Positions 1-12,240 of a stretch of 33,744 bases of DNA are shown here, one piece after another. The stretch is taken from the NCBI GenBank assembly GCA_013265495.1, contig MU061579.1, positions 4,612,327 through 4,646,070 of the forward strand, given 5' to 3'. This DNA comes from Vicugna vicugna. Lineage: Eukaryota. The notes beneath the pieces are model-generated. The model searched no databases and was not told the DNA's origin. It saw only the letters and a program-made list of their open reading frames with translations. Position 1 is the first letter of the stretch. Each line of letters starts with the position of its first letter. A program made the translations under genes and the position numbers.

Positions 1-109
1 AGAGCCTCTTAGAGCACATGACATACTCAGTGTGGTGAAGCACACTGTGTGATATTGCAAACTCTTCAAATTATTTTTGGAATGAATTTAACTCCACCAT
101 ACTTGGGAA

Positions 110-185
110 CTCTCTCTCTCTCTCTCTTTTACCCACACATACCCACATCCACACACACACGCACACACACATGCACACACACACA
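110..185. repeat. Compound microsatellite: (CT)n followed by imperfect (CA)n
   Basis: ctctctctct... at 110-127, then cacacac... interrupted by gc/atg up to ~185. Confidence 0.9.
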
Positions 186-344
186 GGGTATATTATTTCT
201 ATTGGCTGAAAATAAGTAAAGCCAGAGAGAATTTAGCATTTTCTCGTAATAGGATTAAAACAATTTCCTTATAGCATGGACATACATAAATGACCTATGT
301 ATTATATTCTTAATAAATCCAGTGTTTATTTCTAATCCCAAATT

Positions 345-400
345 AATATATATATACACATATATGTATACATACACACATATATGCATATATTTATATG
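345..400. repeat. Imperfect (TA)n/(CATA)n low-complexity repeat
   Basis: atatatatatacacatatatgtatacatacacacatatatgcatatat. Confidence 0.8.
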
Positions 401-1839
401 AAATATTTTGTAAGTCTATCAAATTTTTAATTTTATTTTTTAATAAACTGAATATTTTAAAATTGTGTTAAACCTAATAGATATATGCCAGTATTTATAG
501 CTATGGAAAGATGAACTTTTTTTGAAAGTGCCTATACCATGCAATAGGCATTATTTTATTGTCAACTGTTCAGATCTAATACAGTCCTGATACAGCTAAA
601 ATGCAATATTTTTTTAAAAGCATTCCATTTTGAGTTTTCACTTTAAATGTAGGAGGAAGAGTGAAAAGATCTAATTTCTTCCTTATGAGTTATCATTGAG
701 TCTAGCCATTAAAAAAAAAACTTAATAATATATAGGTTTCATTTTATTTTTATACACAAAAGACTAACTCCAGCAAAACTTAGATAATATCTCTTTTGAG
801 AAAAGTAGTGTGATACTTTTGACAGTTCCTTGACTTCCTTTTGGGTGACCCTGAATTGGTAATGATATCTTATGTTTAAGAAGGATCATCAATCTTAGAG
901 CATCTCAGTGACAATCTCAGTGTCAATTTCTTTATCACGTTGGATACATACCTGAAATGCTTGTACTTATACTGAATGAAGAGATCCTCAGGGTTACATA
1001 AATAACCACTAGCACAGAACAAAGTCATCCATTCTTTAAAGAAATAGGTAATTTATCTCAATCTTTATAAAAAAGTGATTGAAACTAGTGGGAAAAAGTC
1101 ATGAAACCAAAGTGATGATACATTTCATTTTATATCTTGGGGAGCTGGAAGTTTTGTTATTCTATGGTCTAATCATTTCTCAAATGCTGTTATAATTCCC
1201 ACAACTATTGCTGTGGAGTTGTGCATTACTAAATCTTAATCATGATTTTAAAGTCAACATCAATGATTTGTTGAAATATGTTTCTTAAAAATCTTAAGAG
1301 TGAATTTCCTGTTTTACTTTGAATAGCATGGGGTATTAGCTTAAATCTTCTGCTAACTTTTTCCCTATTTTAAAATGCAGTTAGAACCCCCAAAACTGTA
1401 TCTCAGAATTTCTGTGAGATCCACACTTCGTGTGCGACTGGCTGTTAGTATCCCTCCCCACCCTTGCCTCAAATCAAAAATTTTGTGAATCTGATTATTG
1501 TCTAGGGTTTCTGACCTCAAGTGAAAGAGGTGTCCATCCCTCCAATTGCATAAGCCAAACACAATAAGCCAAACATTTGGGAGCCATTTCCTTTCACTCA
1601 TCTTCAATATCTAAGGTCTCACCAAGATCTGATCAGTTTTAGTTTCCAGACATTTTTCAATTATATAACCTGCTGTCATAAATCTCCAGGATACAGCACC
1701 ATGCCCATGTGTTTTTACTGCACTTACGTTTTTTTTTTTCATTTGTTTGTTTAAATAGCCTCCTCTCCTTTAATATGTATTCTACAAATTGTTCACCTTG
1801 AGTGTGGCATCTTCTCCCTGCCAGTACCCTGATTAATAC

Positions 1840-1960
1840 AATAATAATATTTATTTATCTAATAAGATTTTTGTGAAGAGTAAATGCAGCAATACGTATA
1901 GAGTACTGAGAACAGTGCTTATAACATTAAAAAACCCACAATAAATATTAGCCATTTTTA
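1840..1960 (+). mobile_element. MIR SINE 3' half (L2-like tail)
   Basis: ttgtgaagagtaaatgcagcaatacgtatagagtactgagaacagtgctt...caataaatattagccatt resembles the MIR tail ttgtgaggattaaatgagataatgcatgtaaagcgcttagcacagtgcct...caataaatgttagctatt. Confidence 0.75.
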
Positions 1961-2140
1961 CCAAATATTTCAATTGTAGGTATATATTTATACCTTAGCA
2001 CTTTAGGCGTAGGCTTTTCCCAAAACAGTAAAACATTTTAATTTGACCTTTGAGATAAAACTGCTTTATACTGATATTAATAAGCACTGATGGAGAAATG
2101 ATACCTGATAGATACACATACTTATAATACAGACCCTCCC

Positions 2141-2527
2141 ATTTTCCAGAACAATGACACTCCTGTTGGAGGAGGTCATTGAGGGACTGTGACCTCCAGC
2201 TGACCCTACAGCTGGATGTGGTCAAAGTCTCCCGACCCCCTCCCCTGTCATTGGAATGTACATTCTGCCTACCATCCCCACACCAGGAGCTGTTTCAAGG
2301 TTCTAGCCTTAAGAGACTAAGGTACTGTTGAGACCATCTGAATGGTATATGTGATGACACAGTTAAGGCCTCTGGAGGGCAGGAGTGGAGATCTACTTGT
2401 CTTGTGGCTGCCCAAGGCAAGCCTTGTATGTTAAGTTCCCTTGCTTAATAAAACTGTCACCTACCAATCTGGAGTGTCTAGCTTCTTTCTTCAGTCTTTC
2501 CTAGTGCACTGTGTGTAAGGACCAACA
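2141..2527 (+). mobile_element. Solo LTR-like element, family not assigned
   Basis: ~390-bp GC-richer block in AT-rich DNA; AATAAA at 2447-2452 followed by a pyrimidine-rich U5-like stretch ending ...ccaaca; cctccc on both sides (2135-2140 and 2528-2533) is a possible TSD; no 5' TG. Confidence 0.6.
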
Positions 2528-3012
2528 CCTCCCTATATGCTTCTTACAAATTTGACTTAATATGTAATACGCTCCATATAAGTTTGACTTAATCGTGTAA
2601 GTTACAGCCAGCTATCATAGTAAAATTTTAAAAAATCAATGAACTATTCTATTGAGTAGACTAATGATATGTGGTATATTTATAATACTGATGATACAAT
2701 GCTAGCAACATGTTGATTATAACTTGCTATTTTGTTTCCAATCTGCTTTCCGCCCCCAATTTCTTTTTTACTTATTTAGTTATTTATTATTTAACTGAAG
2801 AGTTGAGTTCATCAACAAAAATTTTGGAGAACACGTGGTTTATACCAGCTATCGTAGATCAGTTTTGAAAAATATAATATTTTGATTATTTTTTTCAGTC
2901 ATGGAAAAAAAATTACCCTCCCCAGCAAAAAAATACATTATATATTTTATTGCCTTAGTTCTCTTTCAGAACCATCAAGACCACTCACCAAAAAAGAATT
3001 AGACAGCAGGAA

Positions 3013-3311
3013 ATCAATGTGATGTTCTGTGGTACGTTCCACTGGTTCAGATCAATTTAGGCCACATTATGACAGATAGCATTGGAGTTAATATGACTTG
3101 AAACAAAACTGAAAGTGAATATTCTTGTCCATTCCCATCTGAATGTAGACTGTTTCTGATCCTTTTTTGTAATTGGAATGGAGAAGAAAGTATTTCTTAA
3201 CATGCTGTGTAGCAAGTAAACATTTGGCACAGCAGCTGCAGTTATGGATACAACGTGGTTTAACTCAGGGTAGTCTGAAGTTTTCCTCCAGCAGTCATCT
3301 GAGTTTTTCAA
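3013..3311 (-). pseudogene. pol: Reverse transcriptase remnant (ERV-L pol)
   Basis: Homology continues past the stop as IDLNQWNVPQNITLI and ends just before the expected YIDD motif. Confidence 0.8.
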
Positions 3312-5294
3312 GAGTCAGGATGGTAACATGAACCAAAATATGATAGATAGACTCAACCCTGCCTTTATTAGGGATTTACTGGTAGTACTAATCACTGCCA
3401 CCGTCCACAGAATGAAATACACATTTTTAAATTTATTATCTTAACTAGAGGAAAGCAGAACAATTCAAAGGCTTCTGTTACGTATTTCCCACTATTAATA
3501 ATTCATTCCATATTCCAAGCTGCCAGTGCTCGGGTTACTTCAATTTCTCAGTATATCAATTCCATTATATACTTCAGGCGGGCCTAAAGGACTACAGAGA
3601 TTTCACTTTGAAACAGACTTTAGCCGGAAGTTCATTTACTAATCTGGCCCCACTTAGCCCGATTCTGCAACAAGTCGTGATGATCCTGCGAATCTCAGGT
3701 TATCAATGTCACTCTGGTCTTTTGTCCACAACCCTCAATATGTCTCGGTATTTCCCGTTCCTCGGTGTTCAATTTTACTGGAACAGATGGATGAAGACAT
3801 TTTCTATAGATAATTGTTACGGTGTTGCAGGCTCCTTCCTCTTAGAGATCCAGTCACTTCTTCAGTCCCTGGGTTCCAAATCAGAAAAACAGCTCAAGTC
3901 CAGACACTGAGGAAAGGATTGTAGCTTTTTATTGGGGCAACTGCCTCAGCCTCCTGCTCCTTCATTCTCAGTTTTATTTGGTTTCATGTGTTAAGGAGCA
4001 ACCTTATCAACTACCAATCTGTTTTGTCTCTAAGTGTCGCACACTCTATCAACATCTTCACAACACCTCATGAGTCTCACATCTCTTCATTTTCCTCCAG
4101 TTTGCCAGGGCATTACAATAAAACACAGCCTCCAGTTCTGGAGATCGTGTTGCCACCTGGCCTATGTTAACTCGGGACCTGTCATTCACAATGGATATTA
4201 ATGGGCTCCATCTGTGACTCTTACCTTCATACCTGCCTTGCACAGGGCAATCACCACCACAGTTCTTAGTGATACTGGTGTCCTCCTTGTAAGTGCATTG
4301 CTAATGGCCCCAGTGAAGGGTGTGCCCTCTGGGCTATCCTGTAAAACATGATGATCTGGTGGCTCTTCTGGACTTACTTATATAGCATTCCAGCATGAGC
4401 ACTGCGTTCTTTATTTCTGCTTCCTTTGTCTACCAGAAGATCTTGGACAACTCTACATCATCTCACCTCTAAGTAATACCTGGTGGTGAGTTTGCACCAG
4501 CCTGTAAGGTTTCTGTGCTGATAAAGTGCCCACAAATCAACTCAATCTTGTTTCTCTAGTTTTCCATTCTGGTCCCCTTGATGGAACACTAAAATCCAAT
4601 CGCAAGATAATTGCTTTGGCCCCTGTCAGTACGTGCTAATTGCTACTTCTCCTTTTATTTACAATCTCTTTCCTACTTTATCAAGCTCAACATTCCCTTA
4701 GCCAGGCCATGCTGGAATTAATTGGTGAAGGAAGGGGTTCTTCTCAGCAGAGTGTACTGTCAAGACTTACCAGGGAATGATAAGGCTCAAAGGAATCTGC
4801 CATATCCTCAAGAGCTTTATACAGATGGACCCATCCCATGTGTTAGGACCAGGGCCGTGACTTTAGCATAAGATGCCTACTTTAGATGAGCATTAGAATG
4901 CTTCTGCATCTCTGTGGTACCTGATGCTCATCAGTTTCTGCTCTTGGCTAGCATCTTCACACTCTCACAGTTAGCCTTTGACTGCTTGTTTCTCATCACC
5001 CCTCTTCAATGAATAAATTCAACTTAATAATCAGCCAATATTGCTATTTATTTAAGTCTTGTCACCACACCACCCCCCACCCTACCAATTATTTAAAACA
5101 CCTGAATCATTGTACGTACAAGGGTTAGCTGCAAAAGAAATCTTTAGCCCTTGGGATGCTGTCTTGCATCACGTTCTATCAATCAGTGGTCCTCCTACAT
5201 ACAGGATTGTGTCTTCTTTTTCTTCCAGACCAGGAATGATCAAGTTGAAAATCTTCATTTTGCCACCTGTTTTTTCAAGTATCAGAGTACCTTC
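3013..5294 (-). mobile_element. ERV-L-class (HERV16-like) internal region with decayed gag to RT, truncated within RT
   Basis: Minus ORF 3057-3311 (WRKTSDYPELNHVV..AAAVP..FFSIP..QKQSTF..HINSNAICHNV) matches ERV-L RT (WRMTVDYRKLNQVV..AAAVPD..AFFSIP..QKQFAF..YINSPALCHN). Gag-like tatgctaaagtcacggccctg...atgggatggg near 4830-4875 (minus). Many stops and frameshifts. Confidence 0.85.
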
Positions 5295-5724
5295 TGCATT
5301 CATTTAGAATCACCAAATGCCACATACCTAGACAGAATGGACATTCAAGATGTTTACAGTAGGAGGAGCAGGAAAACAAGAGTAGAGTGTTTATGTTGAA
5401 ACCCTGGTCTGACACCTGTGGAAGCAAAGAAGGAAGGAAGGAAGCCTCGGGACAAAGATTCTTGGATGCAGCATGGTTCCAACAAAGATTTGGCCAAACT
5501 AAAAAGGAGTCCTTGAGCTCCAGTCTCCTGTTGGAAGATGCCTGTATCTCACTGTAATGAATCCGCGTAAGTAGCCTTGTTGTGCTCCGTCATTGGCTCC
5601 AAGGCCTGGGGCAAACATAACCTCAGTGGATGCAGTGGGAGAGCCAAAGGCACAGCGGCTGGAGGCTTTGATAAAGTACGGGCCCCCCAGAAGAGCTGAG
5701 TGGCTCATCGCCACAGCTGTCACA
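5295..5724 (-). mobile_element. 5' LTR of the left provirus, LTR33/LTR16-like (ERVL)
   Basis: ggagtccttgagc...tgtgctccgtcattggct...gcggctggaggct...ctgtcaca resembles the reverse complement of LTR33/LTR16; ends in CA on + (TG on minus); abuts the gag-start-like region. Confidence 0.7.
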
Positions 5725-7619
5725 CGCGTGCTTTCACATTCTGTATTTAATTTTACGGACTCCCTGCTTGAGGGTATTAAGTGACTTGCGTATGGAGATC
5801 GAGGCAGGAGAATGGCCACGAAGGCTGTGGGTGAGGAGGAAATGAAAACACGCCCGGACGTAGGGGGATGAGCTTTGGAAAGAGAGGCAAGAATTCGTCT
5901 CAAACACATTTCTCTTACATCACAATATTTCTGAAAATCAACCTTGCCTATATCTGAAAGTCACACACCTGTTTAAAATGTTTCTCAGAGGAGCAGTTTG
6001 TCACCCTGAAATATTTCATGTGAGAATTGGGAGAGAAAGACAACACACAGCATGAAAAAGTCATAGAATTCAATCTCACTGTGAAAGAGAATATATGCAT
6101 TTTTCCCTTCGGAGTCAGGGAGCCCTCAGTCTTTTTTACTTTATCTTTGCTTGTCTTATTTCATTCTTCCAATGTCTCCCCTTTGTTTTTTAAAACTATC
6201 TGCTTCTTTTTTCCTTTTCCTTTTTTTTTTTTTTTTGAAAATCTACCTTCCTATTTTCTACATCCCTGTGGAGTATTAGCAAGAACAGTGTGATGTATTA
6301 ATCTTAGCAAATGGAAACATATATGCAGGCACTGGAAATTTGTCCTGATGCTGATAAAATGCTAAGCTGTGACTGATTAATGATCTTTGGGATTGTGTCT
6401 GTGTTCACATATTCAGTGTGTAAGTGGTTGTGGAGATCAATCTTTTGAGATTGTTTTTATATTCCATGTGAACAAGAAAATAAACTCCCAGTCCCAGAGG
6501 TTGCATAATGCAAATATTATTCTGATTCTCACTTTCTAATGTGAAAGTTGTTTTGTTCAGGATAATTTCTGACATTGGAGCAAAATAAACTTTGGGTCTT
6601 GCCACCGTCTGGAATTAATAGAAACATATCACCAAGGTCAACATTTTTACATATATAAAATTTTACGTATATAAATTGAAGCAAAAATTGTTCTTCTCCC
6701 ACTGAGAACAGAGAGCTTTAGTGTATGGAATTTAAAATAAACTTTTCTTTACCAGAAATACATAGTGAATTTCATTTGTAAGAGGGAAACAACAGTAGAA
6801 AGCTTAGTTATAATATATAGCATGCCAGAGGCGGTAGCTCAGATCACAGAATCCTACAGAGTTAGAGCTGGCAGTCGTATTACCACTCACCTTTCCCTGC
6901 AAGTGAGCTTGCTCTGTCTGGCTGTATGAGTGCACTGGACAGGTCTCGGGTTGGTAGATTCAGTCCTAAGATGCAGGTAAAAATGGATCTGAATAACATG
7001 GTTATCTGAAACCTGAGTTGCAAAAAAACAGTATTGAAAACACTAGGACACATTTGGCATCATGAGGGAAAGGATTCTACAGGAAAATAGGCAATTGATG
7101 GGTCAGGATGGTTAATGGAGTCTGAATCTTTGGAGTCCAAAAGAAGAGCTGAACAGAAAGTTTTAGTTTTATTGTGTAGTTCAGCCAATTGGAAGCCTGA
7201 GGGGTTACTGGAAGGAGGCTGGAGATAGAGGCATTCACATCAGATAATTTGTCTCTGAGCTGAAAACTCCTTTGTTTGCTGTGGCAGCTGCATGTTAACT
7301 GTAAGTTTCATCTTACACAGCTCCTTCCTTAGAAGGAGGCTGTAGTGGTGCTTAATTCCGGCTCCTTGCTATGACCTCCTTAAACCAGAGTGACACACCC
7401 CAAGCAATATGCATAGTGAAGTTGCCAAAATTGCTGGAGGGATGCAGAATCTGATTCAACTGCAACATACTGGTATTTATTTCAAATTTAACTTTAGTCC
7501 ATTTAAAGGCTCTAAATAGATTTCTTCTGAAATTTCTTCTTCCCATAACAAGAAATTCTTTCAGATATAGCAAAGACACTATTGATTTCCTCTACCTATT
7601 CTTGTCTGATTTGATAAAA

Positions 7620-8345
7620 ATTAACATTACCAAAATATAACTCCTAATTATTTTTCTTTCTTCAGGTATGATTTTTTCCTAATTGTTCATGTTCTGACAA
7701 TGGCACCATCACATGTTCAGACGATCAATTCTTCATTTCCTATCCCTACCTATATTATAATCAGAAAGTCCTGTGGCTCTACTATCAAAATGAAGTTTAA
7801 ATTCCTTGCTCCATCACCAGCATCCTCTTTCTACCATCATCTTTCACTTGTACTTAAGAAGTAGCATCCTACCTTATCTCCGTACTTCTGAGCTCTCCCT
7901 CTCTCAATGCATTCTCCAAATAGTAGCCAGCTATCTACTTAACATGCTGATCACGGCACATCCTTCCTTCATTAAATACCTCTAATAGTCTCTCATTACT
8001 CTTCAAACTCTAAACTCTTTGCTATGGCCAACATAAACCTGCCTGATATGTTTCTGTTTAAGCCTCTGACCTTCTTCCTCACAAACTTTCTTCCTCTCTG
8101 ATCTTTCACCTCCTGTTAATTTTCCAGTTTATTAATTATTTGGGAACCATTTGTCATTTCCTTTGTCTAAAATACTTTAGGCCCAGAACGTCTAATTTCT
8201 TCTTCCTCAGAAGGTAGCGTGATTTCCATGTGTCACTCAGAAAGACCTTCCTTGACTTATCTGAAATAAGTCCCTCCCAACTGAGTTACTGCTTATCCCC
8301 TTTTTAATACTTTATTTTCTTCTTGATACTTAGTGTTATCTGAAA
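7620..8345 (+). mobile_element. LINE-2 3' region, highly diverged
   Basis: aatggcaccatc..aaagtcctgtggctctac..ccatcatctttcacttg..cattctccaaatagtagccag..ctcagaaagaccttccttgac..ctttattttcttc..cttagtgttatctga follows the L2 3' consensus order. Confidence 0.75.
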
Positions 8346-8418
8346 TGGTTCCAAGTTCACTTGCTCCTGAATTTATCATTCTTATAGCCATGTTGAAACT
8401 AACCCACCAAAGCTAACA

Positions 8419-8492
8419 TTTCTTTTCTTTTCTTTTTTCTNNNNNNNNNNNNNNNNNNNNNNNNNNNNNNNNNNNNNNNNNNNCTTTCTTTC

Positions 8493-8523
<31 letters not shown>

Positions 8524-8602
8524 TTCCTTCCTTCCTTCCTTCCTTCCTTCCTTTCCTTCTTCCTTCCTTCCTTCCTTCCTTTCTTTCCTTTCTTTTCTTT
8601 CT

Positions 8603-8634
<32 letters not shown>

Positions 8635-8702
8635 TTCCTTCCTTCTTTCCTTCCTTCCTTTCTTTCCTTTCTTTTCTTTCTTTTCTTTCTTTCTTTCTTT
8701 CT
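8419..8702. repeat. (TTTC)n/(TTCC)n polypyrimidine microsatellite containing a 43-N assembly gap (8441-8483)
   Basis: Directly visible. Confidence 0.97.
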
Positions 8703-8714
8703 ATTTTATTGTCC

Positions 8715-8990
8715 TGTATCACTTAGGGTGCTTAGAGACAGATGGCACATTCAAAATGAGTAGTGGGTTTGGGTTTAGGGACAAGAACAGTGAAGTGTAC
8801 CAGCAGTAGTCATAGCTGAATCACTTACCTCCCTTGCATCTGAAGGTGCAAAAAGTAGGGTAGAAATGGTCATTATTACAGAAATGGTAGATGTTCAGAA
8901 AGGACCACATGAGAGGATTTGTTGCTTTGGGTCAATAGACTCAGCAACCCAGCAGGATCTTATGGTGAGGAGGGCAATAAACACTTCAGT
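8715..8990 (-). mobile_element. ERVL-type LTR fragment (LTR67B-like)
   Basis: tgtatcacttagggt..acagatggcacattcaaa..gggtttaggga..ctgaaggtgcaa..aataaacac resembles the reverse complement of an old ERVL LTR; family name from recall. Confidence 0.55.
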
Positions 8991-9104
8991 GTTATTTCTT
9001 TCCATATTTCGTTTCATTCTCAGAATCAAACTTAAACTCATCATTTTTAATTCTTTTTTAAAAAAAGCATCCTCCACTACCAAGCAACTTGAAGTTTTCT
9101 GCAT

Positions 9105-9216
9105 TAACCAGTCAAGTCCACTAGGACAACCTTTACCAGAATACTAAATGCTTCCATGTTGCCAAATCTAATGATTACTTCTTTGTTCTCATTCTCAACT
9201 TCTCAACAGCATTTGT
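9105..9216 (+). mobile_element. LINE-2 ORF2 fragment
   Basis: tccatgttgccaaatctaatg..ctcattctcaacttctcaacagcatttg resembles L2 tccatgttgccaaatccaatgg..cctctcagcagcatttg. Confidence 0.7.
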
Positions 9217-9221
9217 TATAG

Positions 9222-9285
9222 AACAAGAGGGGAAGCATGGAGATCTGGTAGAAATAAATTGCAATAATCCAACCAAGAGTTGATA
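9222..9285 (-). mobile_element. LINE-2 fragment, opposite orientation
   Basis: caagaggggaagcatggagatc..attgcaataatccaaccaagagttgat resembles the L2 reverse complement ggaagcagggagacc..attgcagtagtccaggcgagagatgat. Confidence 0.55.
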
Positions 9286-10722
9286 GTCTCTTTAATATAT
9301 GGTTTTGGGGAATGTAGACAGCCACATGCAAAAGAATAAAACTGGACCATTATCTTACAGCACACACAAAAATCAACTCAAAATGGATTAAAGAGTTGAA
9401 TGTAAGACTGGAAACCATCAAACTCCTAGCAGGAAGCATTGGTAGTAAGCTCCTTTATATTGGTCTTGGTAATCATGTTTGTATTTGGCACAAAAAAACA
9501 AAGTCAACAAAAGAAAAAAAAAGTGGACTACATTAAACTAAATGCTTCTAAACAGCAAAGGAAACCATCAACAAAATGAAAAGACAACCTACCAGATGGG
9601 AGAAAATATTTGCAAATTATATATCTGATAAGGGGTTAACGTTCAAAAAATATAAAGAGCTCATACAACTCAATAGCAAAAAAGCAAAATATCCAATTAA
9701 AAAATGGTCAGAGGACCTGAATAGACATTTTTCCAAAGACATATAGATAGGCAACAGGTACATGAAAAGGTGCTCTGTATCACAAATCACCAGGGAAATG
9801 CAAATCAAAGCCACAATGAGGTGTCACCTTCCATCTGCCAGAATGGCTACTATCAAAGAGCTAAGCAATAGCTCTCTTTGAGGAGGAAATGGAGAAAATG
9901 AACTTTGTGCACAGTTTGTGGGAATGTAAGTTGATACGGGGGCTATGGAAAACAGTATGAAGTTTCCTCAAAAAATTAAAAATAGAACTACCATATGATC
10001 CAGCAATTCCACTTTTGGGTATTTATTTGAAAGAGGTGAAAACACTAACTCAGGAAGACATCTGTACCCCCATATTAACTGCAACATTATTTACGATAGC
10101 CAAGATTTGGGAACAATCTTTGTCTTTAGATGGATAAATGGATTAAAAATGTTAAATTAAATGTTTAAAAATAATATATATATTATTCAGTCATAAAAAA
10201 GAATGACATCTTACAATTTGCAACAATATGAGTGGACCTTGAGGACATTATGCTAAATGAAATAATTTAGAAAGAGTAAGACAAATACTGTATGATATCA
10301 TTTATATGTGGAATCTTAAAAAAAGAAATAAAAAACCCTCTGAATACACAGAGAACAGATTTGTGGTTGCCAGAGGCAGGCATTGTGGGCTAGGCAAAAA
10401 TGGGTGATGGCAATCAAAAAACACAAACCAAACTTTCAGGTATAAAATAAATAAGTCCTGGGGATGTAATGTATAACATAGTGACTATAATTAATGATAC
10501 TGTATTATGTATTTAAAAACTGCTAGGAGACTTATCGTAAATGTTCTCATCACAAGAAAAAAAATGTAGTTATACACGGTGATGGATGTTAACCAGACCT
10601 ATGAGGATAATCATTTCACAATACATGCAAATATCATATCCTTATGTTGTACATCTGAAATGAATATATTATTTAATATATCTAATATATTATATGTCAA
10701 TATAACTCAATTTAAAAAAGAA
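9282..10722 (+). mobile_element. 5'-truncated LINE-1 (ORF2 C-terminus + 3' UTR), L1MA9-like/laurasiatherian
   Basis: aaaatcaactcaaaatggattaaaga, ggaaatgcaaatcaaagccacaatgag, aaaatagaactaccatatgatccagcaattccact; 3' UTR ends ...tcaatataactcaatttaaaaaagaaa. Confidence 0.95.
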
Positions 10723-10723
10723 A

Positions 10724-11228
10724 CAACTTATTTTTGTATGTTAATTTTGTACCTATAACTTTTACTAAAATTTTTATTATTCCCAACAGTTTTTTGGTAG
10801 AGTCTTTAGGGTTTTCTATATATAAGATCATGTGACCAGGAAGTGGAGATAATTTTATTTCTTCCTTTTTGATTTGGATAGCTTGTATTTCTTTTTCTTG
10901 CCTAATTGCTCTAGCTAGTACTTCAGGTACTATGTTAAATAGGAATAATGAGAATGGACATCTTTATTTTGGTCCTTATCTTACAGGACAGGCTTTTAGC
11001 TTTTCATCATTGAGTATGATGTTAGCTGGCGGCTTGATTCATACGGCTTTTATTATGCTGAGGTATATTTGTTCTACACCTAATTTGTTGAGAGTATTTT
11101 TTTTCATGGAGGTATCAGTATTTTGTCCAATGTTTTTTCTGCTTCTACTGAGATGATATAATTTTTTTATCCTTCATTTGTGTTAGTGTGGTATATCACA
11201 TTTATTGATTTGTATATATTGAATCATT
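10724..11228 (-). mobile_element. LINE-1 ORF2 (RT region) fragment, minus strand
   Basis: gtagagtctttagggttttctatatataagatcatg, ttcttgcctaattgctctagctagtacttc, cattgagtatgatgttagctg are antisense L1 ORF2 hallmarks. Confidence 0.93.
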
Positions 11229-12009
11229 ATCAATAAAAACTGAGGTTCAGTAGGACTCAGCTGTCTATAACAATTTGTCTCATAGACAAAAATCATTTTG
11301 TAATGAGAGTTGAAGTCAACAGAGTCAATTTAATTGACTATATAGAGAACACCTCCCCCCACCCTTTTTTTCTTGGGAGAATATCTTAGAAAACACCTCT
11401 CATTTTTGCGTCTTTAGAGTATATCACATACATCTACTCTAACCCATAATTTATTGATGTTAAAGTTTAACTCAGTTAAACATTCTTAATTTCCTAGTTA
11501 TTTGTGGTGATCTTTACCTCCTTAACTACTTTTACTCCCTTACAATTGTGTTTGATCTTCTAATTGCACTTCATGGACCTGGGGGTTTCCCAGCAGAGGA
11601 TATTAGAGTCCCTTTTTATGATGTTACCAATCACATCTTTATCTATGTTCAATACTTTGTACTGAAAACTTTAAATGCTGTGGTTTTGTGTAGATTTCTA
11701 CTACTAAGGACAGAAGTAAATGTGTTTCCATATACTTAGGCTTGCCTGTTTGCAGTCCTTATGTAATATGGTAAATTAGAGTGATATTTCACTTTATAAT
11801 ATTTTGTAAATATGTAAATACAATAAACAGCTACTACTTGCATTCAAATGGGAAAAATTGTAGTGCACATTAAAATTTGAAGTTTATCTTAGCACTGTTA
11901 ATCTCTCCTACATCACTTAAAGGTACTTGTATATTTCACTTAAGAGCATTAATATTTTTCATGTTTGGAATGTTATAGTTTGGCATAATTTAAACCCCTG
12001 ACTAGTATT

Positions 12010-12240
12010 AGTATGTTGATGAAATGCTTGGGTTTTGAAATTAAATAAATCTGAGAATAGATGCTGACTTTGACCTTTTCATGTAAATAAGAGTTTACTT
12101 TTCTCATCTTCAGTTTTACTTAATAAAAATAATAGTATCCTAATGACCATTTTAAAATTAAGAAGCTAATTTTTTAAATTATTAGTTTAAATAAAAGGCT
12201 ATGATAGAGACACAAATAATGGTACTATAATTATTATTAA
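12010..12240 (+). mobile_element. Very degenerate MIR
   Basis: tgggttttgaaattaaataaatctgag..tctcatcttcagttttact..aaaataatagtatcc..aaataatggtactataattatta in MIR order. Confidence 0.45.

Noticed and set aside
5499..5909. Longest ORF in the track (136 aa)
   Set aside because: Straddles an LTR boundary, has no recognisable domain, and is explained by locally higher GC
8399..8722. 107-aa K/E/R-rich ORF
   Set aside because: Translation of the TTTC/TTCC microsatellite across an N gap
9617..11156. Hydrophobic ORFs 9617-9814 and 10869-11156 as membrane proteins
   Set aside because: Antisense readings of A-rich L1 ORF2, a common artefact
9282..11228. Twin-priming inversion for the L1+/L1- pair
   Set aside because: The inverted fragment lies 3' of the A-tail, whereas twin priming places it 5' of the sense segment
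11324..11340. Short palindrome agtcaatt-t-aattgact
   Set aside because: 8-bp arms in AT-rich DNA are plausible by chance in 34 kb
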